From Octopus vulgaris (taxonomy: Eukaryota), in NCBI GenBank assembly GCA_951406725.2, contig OX597825.1, positions 4,960,001-5,024,000 on the forward strand: a stretch of 64,000 bases of DNA, in the 5' to 3' direction. This document shows, piece by piece, positions 29,271 through 43,406 of the stretch; position 1 is the stretch's first letter, and every line of letters starts with the position of its first letter. Below the pieces are notes generated by a model, which saw only the letters and a program-made list of their open reading frames with translations, made no database searches and had not been told where the DNA came from. A program made the translations under genes and the position numbers.

Positions 29271-29668
29271 CGTGTGTATGTGTGTATGTGTGTGTTGCTG
29301 TTGATCTTCTAGTTTAACCCCGAGTCATCTCTATTGATGATCAACAAGTTTCCAAAGCGTGGCTACCCTGTCGGAATAACATTATAGGGTTCAGTCTGAA
29401 GGAGATGTAACCACTTATTGTTGTAGGCCGAGTATCCACGTAAATACATACATACCTACATACATACATAACTAATGTATATATGTATATACATATGTAT
29501 AATATATATGTATATATACTTATATTCATGTGTGTATATATATATGTGTGTGTGTGTATACATATATATATATGTACAGATATGCACATAAATATGTATA
29601 TATAAATACACACAAACATTTCATTTTATCTTACATATATATATATATATATAATCATACATACATAC

Positions 29669-29704
<36 letters not shown>

Positions 29705-29705
29705 T

Positions 29706-29915
<210 letters not shown>

Positions 29916-30504
29916 TAGGTAGACAGACAGATACAGCGAAAGGGAAAGGTTAGAATCGTACAGGTTTCAGTCATTCTACTGCCAGCATTGTTTAACACTG
30001 CCTTCGTTATTTTAGAATATTATAAAACCTATGTATAAATATAATAAAATATTTCAGAGACACCCACCTACTCACTCCCCACTCATAAACGCTTATCTAC
30101 TCATACGGTTTGCTTCTTGCCGACTAACCCACGCGCACAACTAAGATGACAATTCATTCTGTCACCATCACGACTGGTAGAACCTTATCACTGCGACTAC
30201 TACTACTACTACTACGAGAACCAATGTCGCGAACATGACGACGCGAAAGACTTAAGACGACGACGGCGACGAGGACGACCACGAACACCAAACAACAACA
30301 ACAACAAGCCCATCGCCATCATATTGACGACGGGCATCATTATAAATACCATCACATCAATAATTATCGCCGTTTTACCGCCATCATCCGTACCACAAGC
30401 AGCTGCTACACCTATCGATATCTTTTAACCAGCATCACTACAACTGTCAAACTTTATTCTCAGACAAGCCAATATTTCAGGTACCACCACCACCACCACA
30501 ACCA

Positions 30505-30505
30505 T

Positions 30506-30569
<64 letters not shown>

Positions 30570-30573
30570 ACTG

Positions 30574-30605
<32 letters not shown>

Positions 30606-30654
30606 GCTACTGCTGCTGCTACTACTACTACTACTACTACTACTACTGCTGCTG

Positions 30655-30705
<51 letters not shown>
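30505..30705. repeat. (TAC)n/(TGC)n compound microsatellite
   Basis: Directly visible. Confidence 0.95.
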
Positions 30706-31045
30706 TCATCAATATCCCTGTGTCTGACAAAACTATTATTACTGCTATCTCCACCATTATAACAAACCAAGAAAGAGGATTGCAACACAGTTGTACAACA
30801 AGCAAGAAATAGACGCCAAATCTCCCCCAATATTGCGCACCCCACAGACCAGCGGATCTCTATGAGAATTTTCGTAAACACATATAACATCTCTCAACAA
30901 TTGTTGTGGTATATATATACACACACATATATAATATATATATACATAACGGGAAGGTTTACGAAAGTAAACAAAAGACGAAGGCAGGTGGAGTACAAAC
31001 AAACAAATGTATTAGTATGGCGCTCAGGAATAGAAATAGAAAAAG

Positions 31046-31083
31046 TCTTTTACGTTTCGAGCCTACGCTCTTCCACAGAAAGA
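31046..31083 (-). ncRNA. Minimal type I hammerhead-like motif with variant core, in a (TA)n-flanked repeat (about 30950-31160)
   Basis: Minus strand tcttt-CTGTGGAA-GAGCgtagGCTC-GAAAC-GTA-aaaga; stem I tcttt/aaaga; core not canonical. Confidence 0.55.
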
Positions 31084-31304
31084 TACACAGAAAAACAACA
31101 AGGAGAGAAACAAGGAGAGAGAAAAAATGCGTGTAGGAGCTAACGATCTATCATGGCGTATATATATATATATATATAATTAATTAATAAGGGTGAGAGA
31201 ATTAGATACTAATTTAATAGTATATTTATTCCACACCAAGTGGCCTAGTGCTACGAGAAACCTGGATTATTATAATATTTTATAACATATTATAATATTT
31301 TCAC

Positions 31305-31413
31305 AAAATAAATATAAGAGAGTGGTCACTATATTGATCACTCTAGCACCAGTTGAAACCTTTTGGATTAACTGGTGCTAGAGTGATCAATATAGTGACC
31401 ACTCTCTTATATT

Positions 31414-31419
<6 letters not shown>
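31305..31419. repeat. Perfect 50-bp inverted repeat with 15-nt spacer next to (TA)n
   Basis: 31305-31354 is the reverse complement of 31370-31419. Confidence 0.9.
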
Positions 31420-31478
<59 letters not shown>

Positions 31479-31610
31479 TATAGATATATATGTATATAAA
31501 TATATACCAGAGTAAGCACATAAACGTGAAAGAAGGTGGAAAATATAGTACTCGAATACCAGAGGTAGAGCAATATGCTTTATTAAAAAGCAGCAAAAAT
31601 ATCACAAAAT

Positions 31611-31648
31611 CTGTTACACAGAGTTTCACGTTTCCGTTCGTCGGACAA
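31611..31648 (-). ncRNA. Minimal type I hammerhead motif (one core substitution)
   Basis: Minus strand ttgt-CCGACGA-acgGAAAcgt-GAAAC-tctgt-GTA-acag. Confidence 0.6.
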
Positions 31649-31729
31649 TTTTGTTTAGAATATGTATGTGTGTGTGTATCTTTCACCCGTTTCAGTCATT
31701 ACCCTGCAACCATGCTAGGGCTCCGCATC

Positions 31730-31790
31730 GAGCTGTGAGATTCATCAGCACACCAGAAGAAAATGCTTAGTGGCGTTTCGTCCGACTGTG

Positions 31791-31860
<70 letters not shown>

Positions 31861-32139
31861 GTTGTGAGTTCAAATTTCGCGAAAGTCGACTGTGCCTTTC
31901 ATCCTTTCTTGGTCGATAAAGTAAGTACCAGTTGAGCACTGAGGTTGATTTATCTGCATAGACCCTTAACCGAAAATGCTGAGCCAAAATTTGAAATAAT
32001 TATAAATCATTGTTGTTTTTGTTATTAAGGAAGTGAACTTGCAGACAACATGATTAGCGACACTTCTTTCGGTTCTTTACAGTCATACTTGAAATCCTGT
32101 TGATGCCATGTGTCATAGCCATGTGCCAAAATTTGAAAC

Positions 32140-32190
<51 letters not shown>

Positions 32191-32211
32191 CATTATTATT
32201 ATTATTATTAC

Positions 32212-32283
<72 letters not shown>

Positions 32284-32935
32284 CATCATTATTGCTAAGG
32301 CGGCGAGTACTCCGAATCTTTATCTCATGGAACAAAACGCTTAGAGATATTTTCTTCCGTCTTTACATTCCCGACGAAGTTGATTTCGCCTCTCATCTTT
32401 CAGGGGTTCATAAAACAAGTTCCTTGTGAGTTCACTGCTCCTTGGAATCGACGACCCCTCGACCCACGAAATTAAAGGCCTTGTGCCTGCAGCAAAAAGG
32501 ATTATCGTAATTTATTAAGGAGGCGAGCCGACAGAACCGTTGGCACGTCAGAAATGATGCTTAGCGGCATTTCGTCCGTCTTTGCGTTCTGAGTTCAAAT
32601 TCTGCTTAGGTCAACTGTGCCTTTCATCCTTTCGGGGTCTATAAAACTATAAAATAAGAATCAGTTGATTACTGGGGATCATATAATCGATTTGTCCATC
32701 CCTCAAAATTGCTTGCTTTCTGCCAAAATAAGAAAAGATTATTATTAAGGTGGCAAAGTCGTTAGCATGCTCAGCAACATTTGCTCCATCTTTACGCTCT
32801 AAGTTCAAATTCCGACGAGGTCGACTTCACCTTTCATCCTTTCGGTGTCGATAAATTAAGTAACAGTCAAGTACTGGGGTCGATGTAATCGACTATGCCT
32901 CTTCCTGAAAATTTCAGGCCTCATTCCTATAGAAC
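31730..32935 (+). mobile_element. Head-to-tail cluster of 4-5 SINE family A copies with (TATC)n and (ATT)n
   Basis: Repeated aagg(c)ggcgag heads and gttcaaatt..gtcgac..ctttcatcctttc cores near 31860, 32380, 32590 and 32800. Confidence 0.8.
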
Positions 32936-33751
32936 GGTGTTTCTTAATCACTTTTTACCTTTGAACCTCTTTGATTCATATTGTACTCAGGTAGACCCTC
33001 ACAGCCATTCAATGTTTAAAAAATCCCATTATTTTTGTTTAGGAATAAACGTTATTAGGAATTGCATGAAAGATTGTGAAGACATTTTGAGTATTGTTGA
33101 AGTAGAACCGATTTATTTTGCGTAAACTTTAGCTTCAAAGTTTTACATTTCTGCCAAAATAAAAGATTAATTTTAAGGTGATGAACTGGCAAAATGCCGG
33201 ACAAAATACTCAGCAACATTTAGTCTGTCTTTATGACCCCCTGCAGGGGTCATGTGAACCCCGGTTAGAAAAATGTGGACGCCGCTATAGAAAAACGGAT
33301 TATTATTACTGTGCCGGCAAGCTAGCACGCGTAAAAACAAAATAAATTGGCAGTTGTTTGGTAGTAATTTACTTTGAAAATAATTAAATATGATATTCAA
33401 GAATGATTTTAACCTTTAAATTTTAAAATCTGAAAGTAAATTAAAATAAGAACGAAAACAAAACATAGTAAAACGCAGTCCCGAGAAGCAGTGTTTGCAG
33501 CAGAAACTACGTTGTAGCCCAACTTAGAGCGCTGTACATAGACTGCACCATCATAGATACATAACAGGACAGCGTAGAGATATTGCGATATACATGGAAA
33601 TAAGACACTATGGCGTAGGAGTGGCTGTGTGGTAAGTAGCTTGCTTACCAACCACATGGTTCTGGGTCCAGTCCCACTGCGTTGCACCTATATTATATAT
33701 ATATGTATGTCATATAACATATATATATATAAACATATATATGTATATATG

Positions 33752-33804
<53 letters not shown>

Positions 33805-34462
33805 CACATATATATTCATATATGCATATATATTTGTGTGTGTGTGTGTTTTTGTATAAAACAAGATTCCATGATTCCAAAATAACCAATTAAAATCAAT
33901 ACATTGGACTCAGGTAATCTACAGAGACATGTCAAGGTAAGAAACAACCCAAATTTACGATTTTCCATTATATTAATTTAGTAATTAGATAGTGCATCAG
34001 CAACAAAACAACTTTCATAGATCGATACCGAGCACTTGTAAATACCTGCCGGACTGAAATTGAGGGAACTACTGCCAACCCCACGGAATGTTTCGCTAAA
34101 GCAGCCTCTACTTACTCCAGCTAATAGTTATATTAACACATCAAAGGCTAACTACTGCTGCTATTACTACTCAGAAACAATCAGAAGGAAATAAAAATTC
34201 GGTATCATAATTTTTCCAAGGGAAGCGTGTGAACTTCCAATACAAATATCCTATTTCCCTTTATCTTAGCATGAATAGATCGTTTTTGAAGCAATTGAAA
34301 CCTGTAGCTTATTTTGATAAAAATGCTAACAGATGCTTTTGCAGTCAAGCTAAATTTCTCAAAACATTTTCTAATTTTGGCTTTTTATTCTTCTCCTATG
34401 CTTTTACTCTTAAACTTCTCAATTCATCTATTTATTTATCGACGTATTTGTCTGTCTCTCTG

Positions 34463-34560
<98 letters not shown>

Positions 34561-34770
34561 GAGCTGGCAGAATCATTAGCACGCCGGGCGAAATGCCTAG
34601 CGGTATTTCGTGTGCCGTTACGTTTTGTGTTCAAATTCCGCCAAGGTCGACTTTGTCTTTCATCCTTTAGGAGGTCGATCAGATAAGTACCAGTTACGCA
34701 CTGGGGTCGATATAATCGACTTCATCCCTTTGTCCCCTCTATGTTTAGCCCCTTGTGGGCAATAAAGAAA
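34561..34770 (+). mobile_element. SINE family A copy
   Basis: gagctggcagaatcattagcacgccgggcg..core..gtttagccccttgtgggcaataaagaaat. Confidence 0.9.
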
Positions 34771-34845
34771 TATACATATACATATATGCATGCGCGCACA
34801 CACTGAGAAAGAGAAAGTCAAAGAGAGAGAGAGAGAGAGAGAGAG

Positions 34846-34879
<34 letters not shown>

Positions 34880-36275
34880 TTGTATCCAACTCTTCGGTGA
34901 ATTGAGGAAAATAAAAAGCAAGCTGCAAACGGAGGGAATTGTTAAATTCAAGAAGAACGTCTGCTACGAATTCATTTCTATTTATATCAAAACTGTTTGC
35001 GAATATATAATAATAGTATTAATGGCACACAAGAATTCCCAAAAACCATTATTTTGATCACCCCCCATTCACCTCCTTCCCTTCCCCCTCCTCCTCCTCC
35101 TCCTCCTCCTCTTCATCATGATCATCATCATCATCATCATCGTGACGAACATCTTCATAATCGTTATTATTCTTTTTTTATTATTTCAGTTGTTTGATAT
35201 TTATATGTTTGTTTGATATGTTACATTACCTTTAGACTTAGAAATGATTCACCATAAAATATCTTTTGTGCCCCCCCCCCCCACTCTCTCTCCAGCTGCC
35301 TTTGGTAAAGAATTCGCATAACCTTTGATGTTTTCCCTTATTGATTCCCCACTACCACCACCACTACCGTTATTGATGTTTGGCTACGCCGCTGCCATCA
35401 CCGAGAGCCTTAAACGTTAAAAAAAAAAACACCTTTCATTTTGTAAGCGGTGTTAATTATTTAATCATAAAATATACATTTAATAACGATATAAAGTCAT
35501 TTGAAACCCAAGTACAAAGCCGCATATTTCTTGGAAGGGTATAATCGATTCAATCTACACCAGTACTTCACTGGTACTTTATTTCATCAACCATGGCAAG
35601 ATGAAAGGCAGAGTCATCCGCCGTTGCTTTTGAAATCAGGAGGCAATGTGACGTAAGTCAATAAAACTAGGCATTCTTTTCGCCATTCCACCCATTCTGA
35701 ACACATAAAGGTTTATGAAACACAGAGAGATTTCTATATGAAACGCTGGGGTTGAAACTGACACTCTATGATATGGCCGTAATTTATTTGGATCTTTATA
35801 CGACTGGTAAATATGCTTCTCTGGTTAAGGAGGCGAGTTGCCAGAATCGTTTACATGCCGGCAATATGCTTATCAGAATTTCGTTTGTCTTTGCCTACTG
35901 AGTTCAAATTCCGATGAGGTCGACTTTGTATTCCATTCTTTCGGGTTCGATAAAATAAGTGCGAGTATTGGGGGGGGGGGGGTCTATGTAATCGCCTTAC
36001 TCCGCTCTCCTAAAAATTTGAAAACAATATACTTCTTTGGGTGAAAATCGATAGAGAATATCTTGCATTTTCTTTTTTATCCGATATTCTACGCCCTGGG
36101 TTCAAATTCCGCCGAAATCAGCATTACCTTTTATCATTCCTAAATCCCCAAATCGGCTTCATTATCAGCCAATTAATCTAGCCGATATATATATATATAT
36201 ATATATGCAGGGGCTATCCTGGTAGGGTTGCCCTCGTTTGTAGTTACACTTTTTTATAGGGTGTCTTCTTCAAAG

Positions 36276-36537
36276 TATCTGAGTGTAAAATATTGCTTAT
36301 GTATGCAGGGAAAGGTTTCCTCCCTAATGCTTAAGATGTTATCTGTTGATCAAATGATATTTAATTTTTCCGTAATACAGAGTCCCCATTCGGTGCCCCG
36401 TCCACTGTATTGTTTGGCTTTCGCAATAATTTTCCACTCTATCTGGGAGGTTGTTTATCCTACCTTCTTTTAGTGTCCATATTATATTTGAAAGAGATAT
36501 CGCATGTTTTTTTGATTTTCTCTCTGAATAACACAAG
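36276..36537 (-). mobile_element. Penelope-like element GIY-YIG endonuclease C-terminal remnant
   Basis: Minus frames read KHAISLSNIIWTLKEG..EWKIIAKAKQYSGRGTEWGLCITEKLNII*STDNILSIREETFPCIHKQYF, matching the recalled PLE pattern LS.YIW.LK..W.I..A..Y..C.LC..EK..I..LN.R.E..C.H; (TA)n lies just 3'. Confidence 0.75.
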
Positions 36538-37754
36538 ATGTTGCATCACTTAGTAGAATAAGAAATAGAAAGTCGTTAGTATATTATTATATATTTGAAA
36601 CAATGAATAGTTGTTCTGATACTTTTTCAACTTTAATTATTGAAGTGGAAAATTTTATCAGAAAAGTCATTTCTATTCATTTTTCAAACACATACGCACA
36701 CACACATACATACGCACACACACATACATACGCACGCTGTTCCGCGGGAGGAGATGTATGGGACCAGATCTCAGCGACTTTTCCTCCAGGTATGGAAAAG
36801 ACTTGAACGTGGGGCTTCAACTCCTGAAGATTCTCGGCAGCTAGAACCATCCAGAAACAGGCCGATCTACAGTAGAGCACGAAACGGAAAGATAAAAATA
36901 ATGCACATCTTAGTACTAATCAGGCCTTTTATTGGCCAAAGTTGAGCACACACCTGTACGTTTAGGGTAAGATTTTTTAAAGAAGGAAGACTGGCCGTTA
37001 CCCATCCATGCGAGTCTCTCCATCCTTCCACCACTGATGTTTGTCCAAGATAAGGATTATCGATTTGTGCAGACAGCCATGTACAACTGTTTTCACAATC
37101 GTTGATGTCAGAATGCAGCGCTGAAACAAATACCACCAGGTATATTAACCGACTCTCTAACAGTTCCAGCCAATTCCCCGCTCTGAGTTGGTAACTTTTT
37201 ATCGACACAGAGAGGATGAAGGGAAAAGTTGACCTCGGCAAGATTTGGTACCTGGATGTTGAGATTCTGAGTAAATCCCGTGAGATATTTTGTCATCATA
37301 TGCTCGGTTTCAGCCAGATCACTACCTTACCTCTTCTTAATACTAATCCAATGTTAAACTACTTTTGGGTCATCATTCTGATTGAGTTTCGTTTACTTTA
37401 CATCTTAACCTAAAATGTCTTTGCATTTTATTTTGTTTTCAAGTCATTCAAACTCATATTTGTTGTTCTATCAAAATATATTACTTCCACTCGCTATGCT
37501 CGGTTCTGTTTCTCGCATCACCTGGTCTCCGTATTAAGGAACCTGCCGAAGTTCTTGTATTCCATCCTATGTATCTTTCTGCCAGAGATATTAGCTATTT
37601 AATACCATTCTTTTTGGCCAATGAGTCAACATTCTGGAATTCCGTATTCACCTCTGCCTTTTTTATTTTCTTTTATTGAAACTGTAGATGTCCAGTTACA
37701 TTATTCAAGTTAAATATAAACCGCATTGGTGGACACATTTGATTTTTTCACTTC

Positions 37755-38055
37755 TTCGTCACTGGACTATCATCTCTTCGGCCCCATGAAAGAGGGTTTG
37801 AGAGGCTAACATGTTCCAGTGACGAGGAAGTGAAAACTGTAGTGAAGAAGTGGCTCAAAGAACGGTCAACAGAATTTTACAATGCTCTCATTTGAAGGTG
37901 GAACATTGCTATTGAGAGAAACGGTGACTATATTGAGAAGTAAAAATGTGATACACAGAGGACCAGCTTCATTTTGATGTATGGATACATGTTCCTTTAT
38001 TGGCAATTATACCAATACTAAACAAAATGGCATTACTTTTTGACTCACCCTTGTA
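37755..38055 (+). mobile_element. Mariner transposase 3' fragment with right terminal inverted repeat
   Basis: DYHLFGPMKEGLRG*..SDEEVKTVVKKWLKE..RWNIAIERNGDYIEK*; terminus gcattactttttgactcacccttg followed by TA. Confidence 0.9.
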
Positions 38056-38671
38056 TGTTAGGCCATAGGAATTTTATGGTCCCATTTCTCAAAACGGTTG
38101 TATATCACTGCACCATATCAATGGAGAATTTCCTACCTGTTTTTTTTTATTGCAAAATACGTGAGAGGAATTTCAGTCAATTTATTTACTGTATCATTTT
38201 ACAAATATGTACTCGATATTTCATTATTGAAAAAAAAAGGCCATAAATTTATCATGAATCTATGTTCGCAAAACACATTTGCATATGTTGAATGTCAACA
38301 TTGATACCAAAAGAAGAGAAATAGAAAATGAACGCGCAAAAGCAAAAAGTGTTAAATTAGCTGTCATTTCGTAGTGAGTTCACTGTTGCATTTATATGTC
38401 TAAAATTACCAGAGAAAAACAGTTTTTCAAGTTGAAATATAAGCTTGGAAATCAATGTTACAAATTAAAATGTTTTTATCAACTGTTTTGAAACAGATTG
38501 TGTGTATTCTATCTATCTGCATCCTATTTGTGGATGGTTTTAGATTACATTTATTATTTACACATTCTAACAACAGAGAGAGAGGGGGGAGAGGGAGTGG
38601 GAGAGATGAAGATGCAAAAGACTATTATAAAACAATTTAATAATTATTATACATACGTAGGTGTATACATA

Positions 38672-39081
38672 GGCGTAGGAGTGGCTGTGTGGTAAGTAGC
38701 TTGCTTACGAACCACATGGTTCAGGGTTCTGTCCCCCTGCTTGACATCTGGGCAAGTGTCTTCTACTATAGCCTCGAGGCGACCAAAGCCTTGTGAGTGG
38801 ACTTGGTAGACGGAAACTGAAAGAAGCCCGTCGTATATATGTATATATACATATATGTGTGTGTGTATACGTACGTGCGTTTGTGTTTGTCGCCCCACAA
38901 CATCGCTTGACAACCGATGCTGGTGTGTTTACGTCCCCGTAACTTAGCGGTTCGTGAAAGAGACCGATAGAATAAGTACTTGGCTTACAAAGAATAAGTC
39001 CTGGGGTCGATTTTCTCGACTAAAGATGGTGGTCCAGCATGGCCAGTCAAATGACTGAAACAAATAAAAGAGTAAAAGAGT
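38672..39081 (+). mobile_element. SINE family B, full-length reference copy
   Basis: tRNA-like head (tggctgtgtggtaag A box; gggttctgtccc B-box-like), ctgggcaagtgtcttctactatagcctc, internal (TA/TG)n, tail aaaagagtaaaagagt. Confidence 0.9.
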
Positions 39082-39129
39082 ACGTACTTTCATATATATG
39101 GTTAGTCCATATTAACTCGTAAGAAGTAT

Positions 39130-39330
39130 AGGGCTGGTCACCCGGTTTCTCCTTAAACGGGACGTCGATCCGTTGCAGGATTATTCATTTTTGTCAGCTG
39201 AGCGGGCTGGACTAACGTGAAATGAAGTGTCTTGCTCAAGAACAAAACGCACCCCTCGGTCTAGGAATCGAAACCACAATCTTATGAACGTCAGAACAAC
39301 ACCTTAACGACTAAGCCATGCACCTCCGCA
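39130..39330 (-). mobile_element. SINE family D copy
   Basis: gtgaaatgaagtgtcttgctcaagaacaaaacg..ggaatcgaaacc..ctaagccatgcacctcc. Confidence 0.8.
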
Positions 39331-39968
39331 AGTACTGTACTGGCTCAATGACTGGTTTGAAGAAACGCCTCTTCATGTTGTCAGAAGAGGAATGTTCAGG
39401 TTATAATTTTAAACAGCATCCGGTGATGGGATTCTGTTTCAGGAATTCCAGAGTTTTGAGGAGTTTGGAACCACCTCTTAGTTACAATTGTTTTGATATC
39501 CATCCTGACCTAGAAGCACGCCTGTCAGGGTCTTATCTATGGTTTAATTTGCATATAAATAGAAGTGAGGTTTGAATATGGGAATAAACAGCCCTAGACC
39601 AATAATAGGTCGCCTGTTGGCAAGGCCTTGCACTCGGTAACAAACCGAGTCAGAGTTACGTTGAAATCATGGGATGCAGCATGGTGGACATGAGCTATTT
39701 CGGCGAATATCACTAGATACTGAGCGGATGAACAGTCAACAAACTCAAAGACTAGGATCGTCGAATCCAGTTCAGGGAACTACTACCATAATCTGTGGTC
39801 TTGGCGTGCTTAGGCGAGACGTTCAGCTATCGAAAGCTATCCAGTTCACCTACCGCTTACGTTAATATTGCCCTCATGACAGCGAAGATTGTCATATTAA
39901 TATGGTACTTGATAAACTGACAATGTTAGCAGTTATCTTGTTGTAGTCACTAAACGCTTCGATTATTA

Positions 39969-40275
39969 TATTAGGTGGAGGAAAAAGTTCGTGCGCCGTG
40001 TTAAAATAATGCTTTTTTATATCTTTTTGTGGTGTGTGTGTGTGTGTGTGTGGGTGTTCATTCAGTTCATGTCATGATCAATGGTGACTCACTGTGTGTG
40101 TGTGTGTACCCAAGACTTGTTCATCGAAAACGCACTTAGTTTCAACAAGACAATACAAAGCTGCATACCGCCAGAAAGACCAGTAACAAGATTGAAGAAT
40201 TGGACGGTGTTGAAGTTCTGCTGCATCCAGCCTATAGTTCTGATGTTGTTCCATCTGACTACGGTCTCTTCCATT
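39969..40275 (+). mobile_element. Deleted mariner element
   Basis: TA plus ttaggtggaggaaaaagttcg TIR-like start; HTARKTSNKIEELDGVEVLLHPAYSSDVVPSDYGLF (decayed HPPYSPDLAPSDY motif). Confidence 0.8.
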
Positions 40276-41337
40276 TTACTCACATCCACCCACATTCGAT
40301 TCCGAATAAAGAAGCATCAATTATTTCTGTTTCTCTTCTATTTTATGTTTCGAATCTATTATCCGAATTTTCGATTATCCGAATATGCTTCTAATGTCTA
40401 AACTCTGATGGGAACATTTCATTTTATTTCTGAGGGATATTTCTTGGTGAGCTGTGCGAAGAATAAAATGCTTAACAACTTTTCTTCCATCCTTACGTTC
40501 TGAGTTCAAATTCCACCGAAGTCGACTCTGCCTTTCATTTTTCGGAGTCGAGCACTGCGATTGCTGTAATCGACTTACCCATTCTCATCAACTTTTAAGC
40601 CTTGTGCCTGCAGTAGAAAGAAATATTATGTGCAGAATCATTAAATCATCACATAAAATATTCTTTCTGTATACACATACATTCTTTGAGTTCAGATCTC
40701 AGAATATAGAGAAACGTATCGACTTCATTGCTATTTTGTTAAACTGTCGTATGTCCAAATTTGACCAAAACATTTTTTTTTTCAATATTTATTTTTGCTT
40801 GCAATAGCCGGTTCTTTTGGTCAAACAATCGTATCTCCAGCTATTTCAGATGCCAAGATATTAAAAATTGTCAAAGTGTAGTTCAACGGCTTTAATATGG
40901 AATGGTGAAACTATTTTCTCGCTTTCTGAAAAAGAAACGCTTTGAACTTACCACACTTTTGCATAATAGCAACGATTTTTAATCATCGTGGCTGATTGTG
41001 TATTTTCTCACTCTGAGATCAATGAAATATGTATTAATCAAGAACTGGGCCGTTATAATCGACAGGTTCCCTTACTACTTAATTCCATCTGTTGAGTCTA
41101 TGTAAGAAATCATTAATAGTTGTCCCTTTACACATCTGTACTCTTGGTTTGAATGTGGTGCCACCGCTGCATGTCCTCTGCAAGGTTACCAACCTCTCAT
41201 ACATCACGCGCTCATTGCTACATGTTCAATTAGCCTAAGTCGATTGTCTCCCTTATTCATTAAAGTATTTACCTTCACTAATGAATTTACGATGAATTTC
41301 CAGTCAGTTTTTGTGATATATATATGCACACACACAC

Positions 41338-41400
<63 letters not shown>

Positions 41401-41473
41401 CATTCATATTTATATACATGCATACATACACACACACACATATATATATACACATATATACATACATATATCA

Positions 41474-41505
<32 letters not shown>

Positions 41506-42047
41506 ATACATATATAATACATATATATATGCATACATATATACATATATATACAGATATATATGCATACATGCATATATATATATACATATACATACAT
41601 ATGTATATACATATATATATATGCATATATATATACATACATATACATATATATACATATATATATATATACATAAATATATATACATACATATATACAT
41701 ATATATACATACATATATATATATATATATGTATATACATATATGTTTATAAATATATATATATATATATATATACAAACGCACGCGCACACGCATATGT
41801 GTGTGTGTTTGTGTGTGTGTGTGTGCGTGTGTGAATTTCTGTAAGGAGGGAGGCGTGAGGTCAATACGTAAATTATTCTTATCAAGATTAATATGTTTTA
41901 TGATTTATGAAATGTCATTTAATTATAGAATGGAAAAAAGATTTGTTTTATTTGGGATGAACGTCTGCCAGAGGGCCGGATTATAAAGTGGGCGTCAAAA
42001 TAAAACATAAATAGTTACTTAACATCACCGTAATTACGAATGCCACC

Positions 42048-42079
<32 letters not shown>

Positions 42080-42319
42080 AAACCAACAACTGCAACAACA
42101 CCACCACCATCGTCAGTATCATCATCATCCTCATCATCCTCATCATCATCATCATGATCATCATCAAAACAAATATCAATACGACACTAATACTACCATC
42201 AGGGCTAATTATATATCTACTACTATAACTACTATAGCCGCCATTGCTACAATCACTATCATCGCTATAAGTAGCAAAACAAACAACTAATACAAGTGAC
42301 GTCATGATCTTGATCACGG

Positions 42320-42350
<31 letters not shown>

Positions 42351-42644
42351 CGAAATCATCATTATTATTTTCTTCTTCTTCTTCCTCCTCTTCATCACAA
42401 ATCTCTAATACCTTGTCTGCTATCTCTAACATACTAACATACAATCACCACTAACACACTGACCCACTGCAGAAATGAAATGTAAATACGATTACAGGCT
42501 GGATTCGAACTCGCCATAGACAGACGGAATGAATTATTAATGTTGCATTAGTCTACCGCTCTATACTTTCTTCTCCACTCCACAAATGACAAATTCGATC
42601 CTAAAATTTAATTAACATCATCAATATTGACACCTCTTCATGGT

Positions 42645-42875
42645 TAATCAATCGACCTCCTAAAAATAGCAACCAAGTCCCTAATCCTATTTTGGTGCTT
42701 AAAATATGTAATCTGGGGAATGAGATTTTGGATAATCTAGTTTGGGATATATCTGGAGAAAAAGAAAAAAAGAAAAATGAAGGAAAAGAGGTGGGGGTTA
42801 CAGTTGGAATGTCTTTAATCGTAGAAGGTTTGCTTGAGGAAGAAGGACCTAGGGCTATATAATGCAACAAAACAC
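42645..42875 (+). mobile_element. Dispersed repeat 3' end (related copies at about 13480-13645 + and 29295-29450 -)
   Basis: Shared tail ggatg..ttggaa..cttt(a)atc(a)tag..ggtttgct..gacctaggg(c/t)ta..caac. Confidence 0.5.
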
Positions 42876-42891
42876 ATCAACCAGAACCGAT

Positions 42892-43096
42892 AATGATGAC
42901 GACGACGATGATGACGATGACGATGACGATGATGACGACGATAGATTTGCTGATTATAAAGATGGACGACGACTAATATGGAGACACCGTCGACGGTGAA
43001 CAGGAAGACGACGGCGACGACGATGATGATGACGATGATGATGACGACGACGACGACGATGATGATGACGATGATGATGACGACGACGACGACGAC

Positions 43097-43143
<47 letters not shown>

Positions 43144-43219
43144 CGATGATGATGACGATGACGATGATGATGAAGATGATGATGACGATGATGACGATGA
43201 TGACGATGATGGTAGCGAA

Positions 43220-43266
<47 letters not shown>

Positions 43267-43406
43267 CGATGACGATGATGATGATGATGATGATGACGAT
43301 GATGGTAGCGAAGATGATGATGATGATGATGATGACGACGACGACGATAATGATGATGATGACGATAATGATGACGATGATGATGATGATGATGATAATG
43401 ATGATG
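42892..43406. repeat. About 510-bp compound (GAT/GAC)n array
   Basis: Directly visible; source of the poly-Met/Thr ORF. Confidence 0.95.

Noticed and set aside
36820-36870. CTGAAGA..GAAAC motif pair
   Set aside because: Helices do not close around the core; chance or too decayed to support.
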